From assembly GCA_002633005.1 (NCBI GenBank), contig NMRA01000335.1, positions 372,001 through 436,000 of the forward strand: a stretch of 64,000 nt of DNA, given 5' to 3'. This document shows, in pieces, positions 38,776 through 51,851 of this stretch (positions are counted from its first letter, which is position 1; the number at the start of each line of letters is the position of its first letter). The notes beneath the pieces are model-generated. The model saw only the letters and a list, made by a program, of their open reading frames with translations. It was not told the origin of the DNA and made no database searches. The translations under genes were made by a program, and so were the position numbers. The DNA comes from Phoronis australis. Its lineage: Eukaryota; Animalia; Phoronida.

Positions 38776-39736
38776 TTGTGGAGCTCTAGGTCCGTGATCT
38801 TTTCACTGAACCTTTTTAAATTTGGTACATGTAAATAGATCTCCTCCTAACAAAGACATCGATGTAATACGCGTCAAGGTCATGGATGTTGATGTTCTTG
38901 GTTTCCATCATCATCCTCACTTTTAAAATTTTATTCGATTTTATCAAGTGCCACTCCTCAGAGCCTTTTCATTTACATAGCGTTCAGACAGCCCCCAAAC
39001 CTAAAGCGATAACTCATTCCAGGAGTAACATGTTCCAGGCAAGTCTGTGTGGACGGCACTTAAGGAGTCTAGGTGCCCAGAAATGACACCTCAGTAATTT
39101 TCACCAATTTAGCAAACAACATGGAGGGAATCGTGTTCATCAAACTTCATAACAAAAAATAAGGAAAATCTTTGGTACTTCTTTAAGTTTAAAATTTTTG
39201 TATGTTCAAACAAAGATTTATTTTTAAAAAAATTATGCCATAATTTAACTTAGCCATCATATTCACCTGTTTGCCAGCCAAGATGAGACAACATGGCCAA
39301 GGAAAGTGCCAAAATATACCTAGGGAGCGATGCCAGCTAAAATATAATCCTCGAAATTTCCCCTTTTGTAGAGCTAACGACAGGATGGGGGTACATGAAA
39401 AATCTTTGACACAACTGACAATTATCTTGCTCATTACATCTGTTCAAGTGAAAAACAAATTAAGGACAGGTTTTGGCGTTTGCAATGACAATTTGGTATT
39501 ATAAAGTAAATTTCATATTTCCCAACCCAAACGAGATATTTTGAAGTAAACTACAAAGGAACTGTTTGAACAATAATTCATCAAATGGAAGTTATTGAGC
39601 AACTTTGTTGTAGAACATAAGAATAACAAAGCCAGCAACACAACAAGGAAATGATCTGTCAAATCTCGACATTGATTCATTTCTGGAAGAGGGATGATTC
39701 AAATAATTAATGTTCGCCAGCTGGTCATTACCGTAC

Positions 39737-39805
39737 CTTGTTTTTCAGCTTTTTGAGATAGCCTTTCTTGACAATTGACGATTCTTCGGGAAATCGATAC
39801 GCCAT
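39737..39805 (-). CDS. IRS: Insulin receptor substrate, coding exon 1 (start of PH domain)
   Basis: ATG at 39805-39803. Reads MAYRFPEESSIVKKGYLKKLKNK (IRS PH pattern V.K.GYL.K.K). GT donor, phase 0. Confidence 0.9.
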
Positions 39806-40601
39806 GCTTCCACCGAAACTCCCAAACCAATTTTAACACAATCAGAGTAGTTAGTCTGAAGCCGGAATGCTAACTTGTTTACAGCTGCAAGTGTTATGAA
39901 ATCTGCCGACTGTCAACATTTTGGTATATTCACGAAATTGTCACATCGTTCCTGTTTGAACGAATACATCCAGTCGACTACTTCCGATTGAGATCTCTTG
40001 AATAGGCCAAGCTTTGATCGGCTGGCAGCACTGACTAACTGTTGGTCGTCTGGGACTGTTACTAATACAATTTTTGCCGCCGACGTTTCACAAGTTCCTT
40101 CATACTGTCGCCATCTTAAAAATGGTCACGTGGTCAGACAAACTCGTAAACAACTTTGTGCGCTTGCGCCTTTTATCTAAATTATTTCCCCTTTCAGTAC
40201 AATTTACACAATTATCAATACTTCTCTACATGTGTAATACGAAACTGAAAGAAAAGACGTGGAGCGGTGACAGGTTAATTCAACAGAATGGTTAATTTTG
40301 GCGATGCAAACAAACGGAAGTTGACTTAGGTGAAAGGTCGAAGTTGAAAGGGTGCATATACAAATATGGCGGATTGTAGTCACAGCTCTGTCAGATTTTG
40401 ATTTAATATTTGTGAGATAAGGCAAGCCTTATTCCTTTAGAGAGTCATGGTGAGGCCTTTATCGAATTCGAAACTAGTCGTATATTAGTAGACCCTGATT
40501 TGGAGAACCAGTCAGTCTGATCCACTAAGTAACTGGGCCGTGACTGCCTGGTTAAATTCACACAAACAGCCACGGCACAGCAGAGCGGCGTCCTCAGCAG
40601 G

Positions 40602-40664
40602 CTCAGCTTCTGATCGTCCCCAATACACTATATATCAGTGTATTGGGGACGATCAGAAGCTGAG
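40602..40664. repeat. Perfect inverted repeat, 28-bp arms with a 7-nt loop
   Basis: ctcagcttctgatcgtccccaatacact-atatatc-agtgtattggggacgatcagaagctgag. Confidence 0.95.
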
Positions 40665-40719
40665 GATACTTGTGGTTAAATCAGGGTATCCGAATAGACA
40701 GTAACCACTGTAGCCGAGA

Positions 40720-40791
40720 TTACCCGACCCGGGTATCGAACCAGCGACCCCTATAAAACTGGCGAGCTTGCTATCCATTCACCTAATAAGC
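40720..40791 (-). mobile_element. tRNA-derived (SINE-like) head
   Basis: The minus strand has an A-box-like TAGGTGAATGG (40785-40775) and a B-box GGTTCGATACCC (40742-40731). The cloverleaf stems are imperfect. Confidence 0.55.
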
Positions 40792-41032
40792 AATTGCCCA
40801 TTCACCGGAAGCACATCTACAACAACACCGTCTCTAGCTGGCCTCAGTAGAGACGGTAAAGCTTCTTATGCTGGCTTTATGCCTCACTCTGCATGATTAA
40901 AACATCAAAGTCACCCTGACTTAGAAGGTCATCTTACGAGTATGTCGATGTCTTCAGTTCCTACCAACTAGAACAAATACTCCGTAATCAAACTTTCTTC
41001 AAGCAGTCCTTTGTTCATTTGCCCAAATCATC

Positions 41033-41113
41033 AACTGGCCATTTTTGCACTGCACACACATCTATTTTTACTGCACCCGCCAGGAGCGTGTGCAGTGTTA
41101 AAAATGGCCAGTT
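41033..41113. repeat. Short inverted-repeat element with arms of about 25 bp
   Basis: aactggccatttttgcactgcacac pairs with gtgtgcagtgttaaaaatggccagtt. Confidence 0.8.
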
Positions 41114-42584
41114 TGCAATTACAATTAGTAAAGATGCGTATTACTACTTATCCAGCACCATTGCTTTGAAGTATTGTTCGCATTTCCTTTTCACCTTGTC
41201 TAGTGCATTGTACTTATAAACAGATAAATTCTGTACAATTTCTGCAAAAGATTACGCTGTGCATATTTTCTTAGGCTTTCAAGTGGTGTCACCCAAGACT
41301 TCTTAAGGGATAATTTCCCAACATGATTGATCATAAGGCTAATACCTCAATCAATTAACACCCCATAAATCAACGTCTCCAAAAGCACATCTCTAGATGT
41401 CATTGGGATTTCCTGACAAGTAGTATTTTAGTTATATACCAAATTTTAGAATTACATTTCAGCATTTCTGGTTTACCTTTAGTTGTCAAAGTGGAAACTT
41501 CTAGATTGTCTGTTCCATCTGCATCGCTTGCGATCAACAAGTGTGAGGTTTTGTTCATGTGTAGTTCAGTAAACTCGATGTTGTGCACGTAGTACAGGCA
41601 GGCGTCTGAGACTCAAAAGAGCTTAAATTTACGAGGTGAGACTACCAAAAACTTGTTCCTTCACCAAAAATCACAAGATTGTTCATCGTGTTTATATTAA
41701 TTGTAAAGATATGTGAATATCGTGTGCTCGCAGAAAGGCATGACACACGAACTATAATAGGAAGATGGAAGAACATGCTTGTGTGAACTACAACAGGTGA
41801 TCTAGTCGATATATTTATTTAAATACTATTGCAACTCTCGTACTCCAACTTCCCAATTCATCCTTCCGTAACCCCAAAGATGTGTTTCGCCCTGTTTATC
41901 TGTCCGAAAATGAAAATCGTATTTCACTCTGATGATATTTAATTGGGTAAAATTCCTGACCGTGATGAGATTCCATTTCCGTTACGAACTCGAGTCGTGT
42001 CAGGCAATGCGCAATTTTCAAATATGCAATTTTAGTTTAAAAACTTTCAAGGGTAATTCAGCTTCTGCCTATAGCCATCATGACAGGGAATTCTGGGTCA
42101 TTTTGTCTGAATAGTTTTGGCTTGTTCGGTGCTGACTTTCGCATTACTTAGGAAGCTGGGTTACTTTGGATGTGAGATAACATACTAAATGATGAAAAAT
42201 CGTTATGATTACCTGAAGAACTTTAATTTCGCTAAACCCTTAAACTCAGGTCTCCACTTCTTTCGTCTATACTGACCGACCTGAAACGATGCCACAAAGC
42301 CAAAACCAACCACTAGAGATGATAACTGGTCAGCCAAGATACTTACCCAAGAAAATTGTCCACTCAAGACAATACCCAAACAGGCAAAAGACCACTGGCA
42401 GTATGTCTTCCTACCCCTCGTATGGGAGCGTAACAAACATGCAAACTGGCCAGCATATATTGAATCTCACTCCCTTTTGAAGACAATCGATTATTACTAG
42501 TCAAATTTGATTATTAAGCCTTGTAATTTATTCATTTTTAGGAGAAATGCAAATCTTTAACAATAGGTGGTGAATGTTCATAAA

Positions 42585-42679
42585 ATGCCACGTCTCCGAG
42601 CATTTGGCAAGGAGTGGTCAACGGCTAGTGATGATGCGGTCATCCCTGCAACGGTTAATGCCATAGTAACTGGGTCATG
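42585..42679 (+). CDS. DAGLB: Diacylglycerol lipase (beta-like), coding exon 1
   Basis: Reads MPRLRAFGKEWSTASDDAVIPATVNAIVTGSW, matching the DAGL N-terminus MPxxxxFGRRWxxxSDDLVxP. GTAAGA donor, phase 2. Confidence 0.88.
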
Positions 42680-43185
42680 GTAAGATATATTTACAATCAA
42701 ATTTTGATATTTATTCTATTACAGTCATGTTTGGAATCGAGGGTTTCGTGCTTCTGATATTTTTTCGATACTCGACCTAATGTTAAATTTAGCCAAAAAA
42801 CTTACATAACACGATTCCGGTCCAAACTGATTTGACCTTTACTTTCTGTTTCCACTTCTGTGTTTCTGAACTTAAGAGTACTTTCGACTGAATAAATGAG
42901 GTATTTTTTTAATATGAATTTCTGTTCTGGACATCACTTCAATGTGATAACAAACCTCAAGCATTAGTATAGCCAGTCTATCATTTCATTAGTGGTGTTG
43001 TAGTGTGTGCTAATTAAATTACCACCTCTGTCACTAATTGAAACATCCATCTTCACAAAATCAGCTACTCTAAGTTGTGATACATGAAAACATAGGTCTA
43101 GAACACTTTCACTGTGAAAAAGAACAACTTTACATTCACAAATATCAACCCACTTCATAATAGGAATGGTTCTTGATTTTAGAGC

Positions 43186-43545
43186 CAGGCCCTCAATCAC
43201 CCGAGGGGAAAAGTGCCTGTGCCTTCTGAGAGGAGTTTATTGGGGTGAGCGGAATATTCTACCCTTCCACCCACCCCCTCCCCAATCACCATCAATAGCA
43301 CATCCCCACAATAATGCAAGCCATCATAGGCTTTTCCTCAAGTATCCAAAACTAACTGTTTGACTGTGCTCTTTCAAATTGCCATCTATGTGAGCTACAA
43401 GTGATTCAAACCTGAAGGGGAATTTTTCAATAACTTGAGGGGAATTTTTGGGCCTCATGAAGGAAATTTCTCATGATTTTTCAATATTTTTGTAAGGGGA
43501 ATGGGTCTGATGTTTGGCCACAAAATGGAGAGATTGAGGGCCCTG
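43186..43545. mobile_element. hAT-like MITE (CAGGGCCCTCAATC termini); related inverted copy from about 29707
   Basis: caggccctcaatc ... gattgagggccctg. 43440-43545 is the reverse complement of about 29707-29832. No clear TSD. Confidence 0.5.
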
Positions 43546-43685
43546 TAAAGAAATTTAATTTTCTTCATTTGCAAAGCATTGATGGTAAATACTACAGTTT
43601 TGCTAGGGATGCCTCGTAATTACTTTATGAGAAGCAGTTCAGTGTCTAAACCAGAGGTGTAACTGTCATTATATTATAATTTCAG

Positions 43686-43837
43686 GTTAGGATCTCTACT
43701 GTATGCCTACCTAAAAAATCTCAAGAATTTTACCTGCTCGGGAAATGATGTGGTCACTTCGTTTTTTGTTGGGGGTATGGCGCTCTCGGCTTTAGAACTG
43801 GTCGTCTTGGTCAAAATTGTTGGAGTTGGTCTTAAGG
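43686..43837 (+). CDS. DAGLB: DAGL exon 2 (transmembrane region)
   Basis: ttcAG acceptor, GTAAGT donor. 152 nt, phase 2->1. Hydrophobic: LGSLLYAYL...FFVGGMALSALELVVLVKIVGVGLK. Confidence 0.85.
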
Positions 43838-45446
43838 GTAAGTGGTGAAAATGATGTCTTATGTGTAAGTGGTAAGAATGAATTACAGTGGTGTCATTAC
43901 CATAGTCTTATGAGTTATCACCTAGGTTGTTCAAATTGACGGACTCAAAAATCAGTTGGGGTGGTCACCTGATTAAGGGCTGATGATAAGATATTTTTAA
44001 GCTGGCTAAGAATATCGTAGGATTGCAAGATCATGCAAGATTTGCAAGATATCACATTGTATATTAAGCAAAGCACTTGATTACACTAACTTTTCTCATG
44101 GGGACCTTGGGTATGTGGAACGCTGGTTCCAAGGAGTTACTTAATTGGTCTTATTGCAACTTCTCTCTGTTTCACTCAAAAGAAACTTTGAATCAGTCTT
44201 CATGATGTTGTGAGTTGTGTGCAGATGTTTTGCTTATGTAGTGACAAAATACATCTTGGGGCACTTGTCACTTACAGGTGGCCCAGATTTTGACGGAGAA
44301 CCTGTTTGATACCTGTAATTCAGGGGAGAAAACTGGTTCTGAAAATGCGGGACCCCTGTCAGCGACTGTTACGGTACAAGGCACCCTGAAATGGGTCTTG
44401 TTTCTCATATTGCAGCTGAGTTTCTCAATTTTCCTTTCTATGATCCCAAATGAACCACTCTGCAAAATCTGCACTTGTTAACTAAAGTATGTGTGCTATT
44501 AAGTTGGGACTGTTGGCGGATAGACTTTTGGGTGGAAAGTACGGAGACGTTCATATCAGAAGAATGGATCTGAAGATGGGATGATGGGATGAGTAATGGG
44601 AATGAATGGGTTGTGAAAATAGAGCTGTTGTTTGATTGATTGGCATGCCGTCAAAAGTTGCATTAAATGTCAAATGGTTGAAATGATTTGTAGTACCTCA
44701 AAGACTAAGTTGTATGAAGGTTGAACTATTCATTTTCAGGTGCTCATTTTATTTTTATGTGAAATTTAGTTCTCTATTTTTTTCGTACTGCCACGCATCG
44801 GTTGTACTGTTACTGCAAATTGAATAATATTTTTAGCGTTTGTCACAAAAATGATATTCACTAACTGTTAATAACCCTTTCTGATGAAATGGATTATTAT
44901 GAGGAAAACGTGTTTATTGGAACTGCAATCTTCACTTTCCTAATTCACCCTTCCTTTTTTTGGTCTGTCCATCCTGTTTGAAGGTTCGTCCTGCCCATTT
45001 AAAGGTAATTATCTTTCCATTTTTGGGTCTGTCCTTCCCATTGGAAATCCGTTCCTCCATTGATAGTCTGGTCCTCACATAGAGCCTGATTAAACAACAT
45101 CAAAGGAATTTCCAAGTTGAATTATGCATGGGCAAGACTAAAGTAATCGAACAAAATACCTTTTTCCTTTCGTGATAATTACTGTGTAGACATCAAATAT
45201 AACTGTTTATAACTGTTATGCAATCTTAGGATGGCTTAGCTTCTTTACTAACTTCACCTGTTAATTCCCATTCTTTCGTGGTCATGAGAGAAAACTACTC
45301 TGACGATGAAGTCTGCGTCTGCCCATCGGTCATGACAGTGAATACTGTTTTTTTTTGTCTGAATACTTTTGGCGCGTACTGTTTTTTATTGCTTGGACGT
45401 GCTAAAATTTTACCACAATTCCATAATTACAAGCTCTTTCTAATAG

Positions 45447-45801
45447 GTACTCTGATTAACTGGACTCCACGCAAGGATATCGGCCGGTGGCTTGGTGCTA
45501 GGATGATCTTACAGGTTGCCAGTGGACTGTTCTCTCTGCAGGGGGTCAGGTGGGCTTACTACAGCCGCCTGGAGTGTAGTGAAGCAGTCCTCACTACCAT
45601 GAAGTCCAACGCTAAGCACGCTGTGGTCACTGCCCTGGTGGCTGGTTTGGCTACATTCGCATTGGTCCGACGACCGGTGACTAAGGATGAGCACCATGGT
45701 CACCCACATGCCAGCAATATGGACCTATTGCACGAATTGGAAGTTCAGCAAGGGAAGTCAGTCTCTGTGTTCTCAGTCGTAAGACATCAGTATCGGAAAA
45801 T
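45447..45801 (+). CDS. DAGLB: DAGL exon 3 (transmembrane region)
   Basis: AG acceptor, GTGAGT donor. 355 nt, phase 1->2. Reads GTLINWTPRKDIGRWL... with two hydrophobic segments. Confidence 0.85.
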
Positions 45802-46315
45802 GTGAGTGCTTCGAAGATGATTTATTATATCAAAGGAGGGTGCCAACTTCTTTTAGGGCAAATTTCTAAAAGTTTGAAATTTGGCAAAATGTTTTCACAG
45901 GCTGATGTGATTATCTAGCAGTATGAGAACAAATTTGTACTAATTGTATTAGAATATCTTGTCAGACTGGCGAGGTTGTGGTAGTACAATGCCAGGTCTC
46001 GTTGGCAAGTGTTTCTTATTTTGTAATATTAACAAAATGGCTGACATTCTAAGATGATGAGACTTAGTCTGGTACTTGGAGGGCTGCGCGAATATTAAAA
46101 CATTGTTTTTGACATGAACTTACAGTCATTGTATTTGTTGCATTAATTAAATGATAGTCCTGCTAGTATTTTTGTATTCTTCATTGTATCTATTGCTTGC
46201 CTTGTGTCATTTGAAATTCGTGCGAGTTGTGTTGTCACAATACGATGCTGCTCTGATATTCAAGTCACCTACCTAATGCTTAAGTCTGACATAATGTTTT
46301 GCTGCCTCATTTCAG

Positions 46316-46400
46316 TAAAAACATGTTGCAATCGTTTTTCGGTCTTCGCCCTGATCCCACGTTAACCAAAGTCAGCCAGTTCATTTCATCGTATTTTGAG
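46316..46400 (+). CDS. DAGLB: DAGL exon 4
   Basis: ttcAG acceptor, GTGAGT donor. 85 nt, phase 2->0. Ends ...TKVSQFISSYFE. Confidence 0.8.
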
Positions 46401-47409
46401 GTGAGTTTTTGTTTGGCGGTTATAAATGACTCTGCTTATTGATTGAAAGGATGGGTGACTGACTGAGTGAATGGATGAGTCGATATTCACAAGATCCTGC
46501 TAATGAATCAATGCTGACTGTTTAACTCTGAAATAGAATGAAAGCAGAAAACAGTTCGTCTGCATTGGATCCATTGGATCCATTGGCAAAGGGTCCCATA
46601 TAATTACCAGTGAATTCATACATTTGGACCATTCTATCACCAGTGACACCTTGTGATTTTTGAGTTTTGCCCTTGCAACTCGTTCAGGAAAAGGAGAAAT
46701 TTTTTCTGAACTTGCTAAATATTTTTGTCTTCATTCTTTTTGTCACCGATTGTACAGTTGAGGTTTTAAGTTTCTGTAACACATTAGAAACTACCTTACA
46801 TTCTCCAACCAGCAACTAAGAATGCTTCTTATTGGTTGGGATTGTAAAAGGCACTTACCACAGTGCCTGGACTTGGGTGACTGACTTCTTTTGATTGGGA
46901 TTTACCGAACAAAGATGGGTGTCAGTTTTAACCACTGCCTGTTCACGACAACGTTCTTTTTGACCATTTTAATCGTTGCAGACCATAAAAAGTAATCCCC
47001 TCGTTAAAAATTGAACTTTTTTATTTTTGAAATGGTAAAAGTCAGTTAACTACAGCAAAAGAAAAGAGAAATAAAGTGCACTGCAATTGCTGTTCCTTTG
47101 TTGATATGTCTCAACCAATATTGTGTTACCTGCCTGAAGAACGCAATGGGCGACTTGACTCGTGTACACCACACTTTAACAGTCGAGTGTGATCTTTATA
47201 CCCCCAAAGAATGCAGTGAAATTTGAATGGGTGAGTATGTCATGTACCCGATGATAGTAAGTGCCATTCTTGAGATGCGTGACAGTCAAACTTCTCAAAT
47301 TAGTCCCTTAGATGAACTAAAATCTCTGCGCTATCTTTGTTTTGTTAAGTTGCTGTATTTGTCCATTCCTTGCACTTAACTTTTGTGATTTCATGCAGTT
47401 CAATTTCAG

Positions 47410-47527
47410 GATGACCTTGACCTGGTTCCATCTGATATTCTCATGGCTTTGATCAAAGTTGCTCAGCGTCAGAGTGAGAATCGACGTACACGCTCTTTCG
47501 AACATTGCGACATCGTTGATGGACAAA
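47410..47527 (+). CDS. DAGLB: DAGL exon 5
   Basis: Reads DDLDLVPSDILMALIKVAQRQ (DAGL motif DxDxVPSDIxAGL). AG acceptor, GTGGGT donor. 118 nt. Confidence 0.9.
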
Positions 47528-48656
47528 GTGGGTATTTTGAAAGCTCAAAATTAAGCGTTTCGTTTTTCTTATTTTGTGTAAAAATTCCAGCCTTCTCATT
47601 TAACCAGCTTGCTAATTTCTTTCAAACTTATGGTTGGTGGTTCATGGTTGTTTTGGGTCACATTGGGTGGGAGATTTCCTGTGACCTCACAGCTATGTGA
47701 ATAACTTTTCAAGAAACTGTCATGTTTTTCAGCTTTATATGTGACTGTTAACGATCATTTTTCTTTTTAAACATATATTTGCAATTAGCGTAACCTCTGT
47801 CAAACAACTCAGTTAACTTTATTAGCAAAAGAGACAAAGATATTTTTTACAGTATCTCTCGTTCATATTACTTGTTTTTTCCTTTGACTTTAAGACTGAA
47901 AAATGTCAATAAAATTTGTTTCAAAATTAGCCATATACTGTTCGCCATTCGCTTTATAATTTTGTCATGTCAGAAGTTGGCCTATTCAGTTCCAAGATTT
48001 TTAGATTCACTGTTGAGGTCTTGTGAAACTTAGTGAAACGGGATAAAAGAGAGGTTTGTGTTAGCTCAGGGTGTGTGTCACGAAAAGTGATTTGTCAAAA
48101 ATTTGGTGTCATGTTCTGCACAACCATTTCCGAAAAATATTTAAATCTCACTATAATAGCAATCCTACAAAGTGTCTGAGAATATGCGCATAACTGGTAA
48201 GTAATGAGATAATTTATATCAATTATTTCTTCCTCTTTGTTGCGCTAATAATTGCATGTGATTAAAATTTTATTTAGTAATTGTAAAATGGTAGTGTAAG
48301 ACCAATTTTCTGACTTAAGTCTATTTTCATGAAACGGACCACTAGCTTCAGTCTACCCAGAGACGAAAACAGTTTCATGAAGCAGGACTCGGCTCTCTGC
48401 CATGTTGTGTTATGTACGCTGATGCAACAACTTTACACCTGAAAATTTTTTGAATTTATTTTTTCCAAGTACCTTAATTTGGTATTGCTGGTAATTTCAA
48501 TGAAATTTTAGCCATAACCAGAGGCGGATTAAGGACCCCCTTTGTGTGATCATGGTCAAAAAGAAATCCTGTTTGTTTTCATGCTTTCGCGGAAATTTTA
48601 CTTTCGAAAATTGTGGTTCTCTCCCTTATGACATTGACAGTTGTTTGTGACTTCAG

Positions 48657-48810
48657 GTTTTGATGTTCATCCCAAATCATGGATGAGGGATATGGGCTTA
48701 CACGCTCACTACTTTAAGTACGCCTATGGTGCATATGGATGGTGGCCATATTTTGTCATGAGTGAAAAGGGAGCATTGTGGAAGCTGTTTAAGATAGTGG
48801 TTAAAGGAAG
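48657..48810 (+). CDS. DAGLB: DAGL exon 6
   Basis: Reads HYFKYAYGAYGWWPY (DAGL motif HYMxFAxAAYGWP). AG acceptor, GTAAGA donor. 154 nt. Confidence 0.9.
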
Positions 48811-49977
48811 GTAAGACATAGAGGTTACTGGGATTGCCCAAGTTTGTGCTTCCCAGAAGAGGATGCTCGCGAAGCAATGCTGTAGTGTTTTCAAAAAAGA
48901 AATAACTTACAAGACAGATGTTTTCAAAAATGTTGATAGGTTTCATCGAAATTTGTCTGGATTTTGTCAAAATTCTGGTGAAAACCTAGAGGCAAAATGG
49001 ATGAAAAATTAAAAACAGAACTGCATTGTGGGAAACTTTGCCAGAAAATTTTGCTTTGAAATTTGCAGACATAGACTACGTTACAGTTTTGTCAACTGGT
49101 CTTAGCTAAGACCACCATAAGCTACATGTTATTGCTGAACAATAGATTTGGATGGTGGGTACTCATCAGTCTGAATAATTTGAACTAAGATCATGTTCAC
49201 ATCAGTTGTAACAGTCATTTCACTCATGCTCTAATGTTTCGATTAACACCACTGCAAGAAAACCTCTGCTTAGAAACAAATGACTTGTGAAACTGTACGA
49301 GTTTTGGCCAATGACAATCTGTCTTGTACGGTATTAAGCATTCCTTGATTCACATGATCTCTGTGTTTTCTTGTCAAATCTCTTGCTACGTCAAATATCA
49401 AGTTCTTGAGTTCTCTAGAGAAATCTTTGCTAACCTAACCTTGTATCTTAAGTCACTGTTACATGACAGACAATCAGCTCTGAAGTCAGTATTGGGAAGC
49501 CAGTCTGCATAGACATGACTTAACAATGTTAAATGCTCAAGATGTTCTAGAATTTTGGCTATAACATGCACTTTTAGCATGACGGTGACATGAAAACATC
49601 AGACAAAGCAACGATCGCATAGTTCAGCTATGTTAGAGGTCATGTCGATTGACCTTTGGCTTTTTTAAAGTGATTGGTAGATATGGTGCAAAAGTGATCA
49701 CGCTTAACCTCACTATTGCTCGACAAGTGTACTTGTGATGATACCTACTGCTGTGCCATTGGTTTATGTTAAGACAATACATATAGTTAACACAGGACAA
49801 GATGATCAAGCACAATGTATGCTACCGTAGGAATGGGTAACAAAGTCTCTGTGTTGTCACTTTGTTCAGCGTCAGTTACCTAAACATGCTTCTACCCGAT
49901 CGGCTTGTACTGTGTCATCTATTCTGTGTCAGCAAATGTCACGTTAATGCAACATTAATGAGTTCCATTAACCACAG

Positions 49978-50104
49978 GTACATTCCAAGAGGGTTGCCCC
50001 CATTCATCACTGGAGACAATAGATTGCTGGCAAATACTACAGCTTTACAGATATTGACGGGGCTTACTATGGATAACCTGGTCTATGTTAGTTTTACTAA
50101 TGAA
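49978..50104 (+). CDS. DAGLB: DAGL exon 7
   Basis: Reads FITGDNRLLANTTALQILTGLTMDNLVYVSFTNE. AG acceptor, GTAAGG donor. 127 nt. Confidence 0.88.
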
Positions 50105-51563
50105 GTAAGGACTGTTCTGGATTAGACTGCCTAAATTACCATTTGGGCGCACACTTTTTATCATAAAAAGCCAACTTTTGATTTCGATTATTTGCTGTTT
50201 TAAATATGGTATTAAACTACTCCTTAGTCAAATCAGATGTGACCTCTTGGCTTGGAAAGAACTCACAGTTGGTCATTGGAGGAGACCAATGTCAATTCTT
50301 TGCAAAACCAAGAATCACTTCTCATTTGAGTGAGGAACAAGTTGAGGCTAATGTTTTTGAAATAAGTGGTTAAATCATAAGTTTCCTTCTTCAATGGAAC
50401 ACAAGCTTATAGCTGCTCTGATTTGACGTTCTGTTATTTTCGTCCCTGTCATTTTGATTTCAACTTCTAGTCTAGCAAAGCTAACCTGCTCTTTGGATGA
50501 ATAACTGAGTGCAGCCACCTTTGAGATCAGGTGTAATCATTGCGACCTCTAGTGGCCATGCACAGTAATTCTAAGTTTGTCTATTTAGCAAACAATATTG
50601 CAGAAACCGGGAATTCAAATTGCTCAAGAAAGCAAATTTTAAGAAAATGTTGCTTCCTCCTGCGTTAAAGTTAGTTATAAAAATATACTTGTCGATCACA
50701 GCTTTCAGAAATAGTGCTTGCAAATTTTCTTGTTGTTTAGGTCTCTAGTCAGTCTTTGAAATTTGGAAAATGACAATTTTGGGATTTATTTTTGTGTGAA
50801 ATAATTGGAGAATTACCATATTTTAGAAGTTAAAACTTGGTCACAAAACGTGAGTCAAGAGTTACTCCTGATGGTGTTAACACAAGTTTTCATTGTATGA
50901 ATGGTCTTGATGCCAGACAAAAAGCTGTGGGTGCATTTAACAATGGACTAGATTGATATCTGAATTCTCTATTTGGAAACCGGTTTTTGTCTTGAGTTCA
51001 AACCAAGTGGGTGGTTTGGTTACTCTATGTTAAAGTTTCACCATTTTTCCGCAATATGGTAGACATGTCAAATTTTCTTTTCTCCTTTTTTCATAGAAGA
51101 TATGGAGCATGAAATAATTGCTTTATAAGGTTCAAAGTTCATATGGTAAAAATTCACCAATTTTGGACAAGAACCAATGCCAAAGATGCCATTTTATTTT
51201 TCATGGGCTTCTATCATTATTGTGAAAGCCCACAGTTTTTCAAAACTTTGTCCAATGGTAAGCGTGGCACAAAACTTGAGTATAGAAAAGCGTTGTTTTG
51301 GCGCTGCACATGTTTCATTGAAAAGTGCAATTCCACTAAGTCGGCCATATTGTCAGCCATATTGTGTCGTAAGTTGGTGAGATTTTACCATTGCTAACTT
51401 TAGAATATTTTTGGAAAAAATGTTTGTATTTACAACAGTGTTGGAAGACCATTAAATTATTTTTTCCAAAATTGATTAAATTTATCCATTAAGGTAAAAT
51501 GTGAGTGTTACTCTAAAAATTACGACAATGCTCATCTTTTTCATCTGCTTTGCTTTATTACAG

Positions 51564-51851
51564 AGATTTGGACTTCCATTTTTTGTGGCTCTGGATCACG
51601 TGCACAAAGCCATCGTTGTGTCTGTCCGTGGAACATTGTCAATAGAGGACGCCATAGTCGACCTCTACTGTTTTAGTGAGCCGTTGCCCAATGGACATGG
51701 AGAGGCACATGCAGGCATGTTAGAGTCGGCTATTGTGTTGAAGACGAAGCTACTGGTGGAGAATGTGGGTAGTCATTTTGAAAGTGGTCGGCCATTATTG
51801 GAAGTGGCACGTGAAAAGTTGAGCATGCAAGTTGGTGAGGAAAGGTCAAAG
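51564..51851 (+). CDS. DAGLB: DAGL exon 8 (Lipase_3 domain, oxyanion RGT)
   Basis: Reads LPFFVALDHVHKAIVVSVRGTLSIEDAIVDL...AHAGML. AG acceptor, GTCAGT donor. 288 nt. Confidence 0.93.

Larger units (their letters stand above)
39806..42584. promoter_or_regulatory. Divergent IRS/DAGL intergenic region; candidate shared promoter near 39870-40380
   Basis: Start codons are head-to-head. YY1-like motifs occur on opposite strands (40109-40117 minus, 40363-40372 plus), with an E-box CACGTG at 40127-40132 and FOXO-type TTGTTTAC at 39875-39882 and GTAAACAA at 40146-40153. Confidence 0.45.

Noticed and set aside
24086-39736. Nested protein-coding gene in IRS intron 1 (ORFs at 27528-27983, 29906-30591 and 31162-31377)
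   Set aside because: No domain motifs or consistent exon chain, and the composition looks like random AT-rich ORFs.
40720-40791. Functional tRNA gene
   Set aside because: A and B boxes are present, but the acceptor, anticodon and T stems do not pair well. A SINE head fits better.
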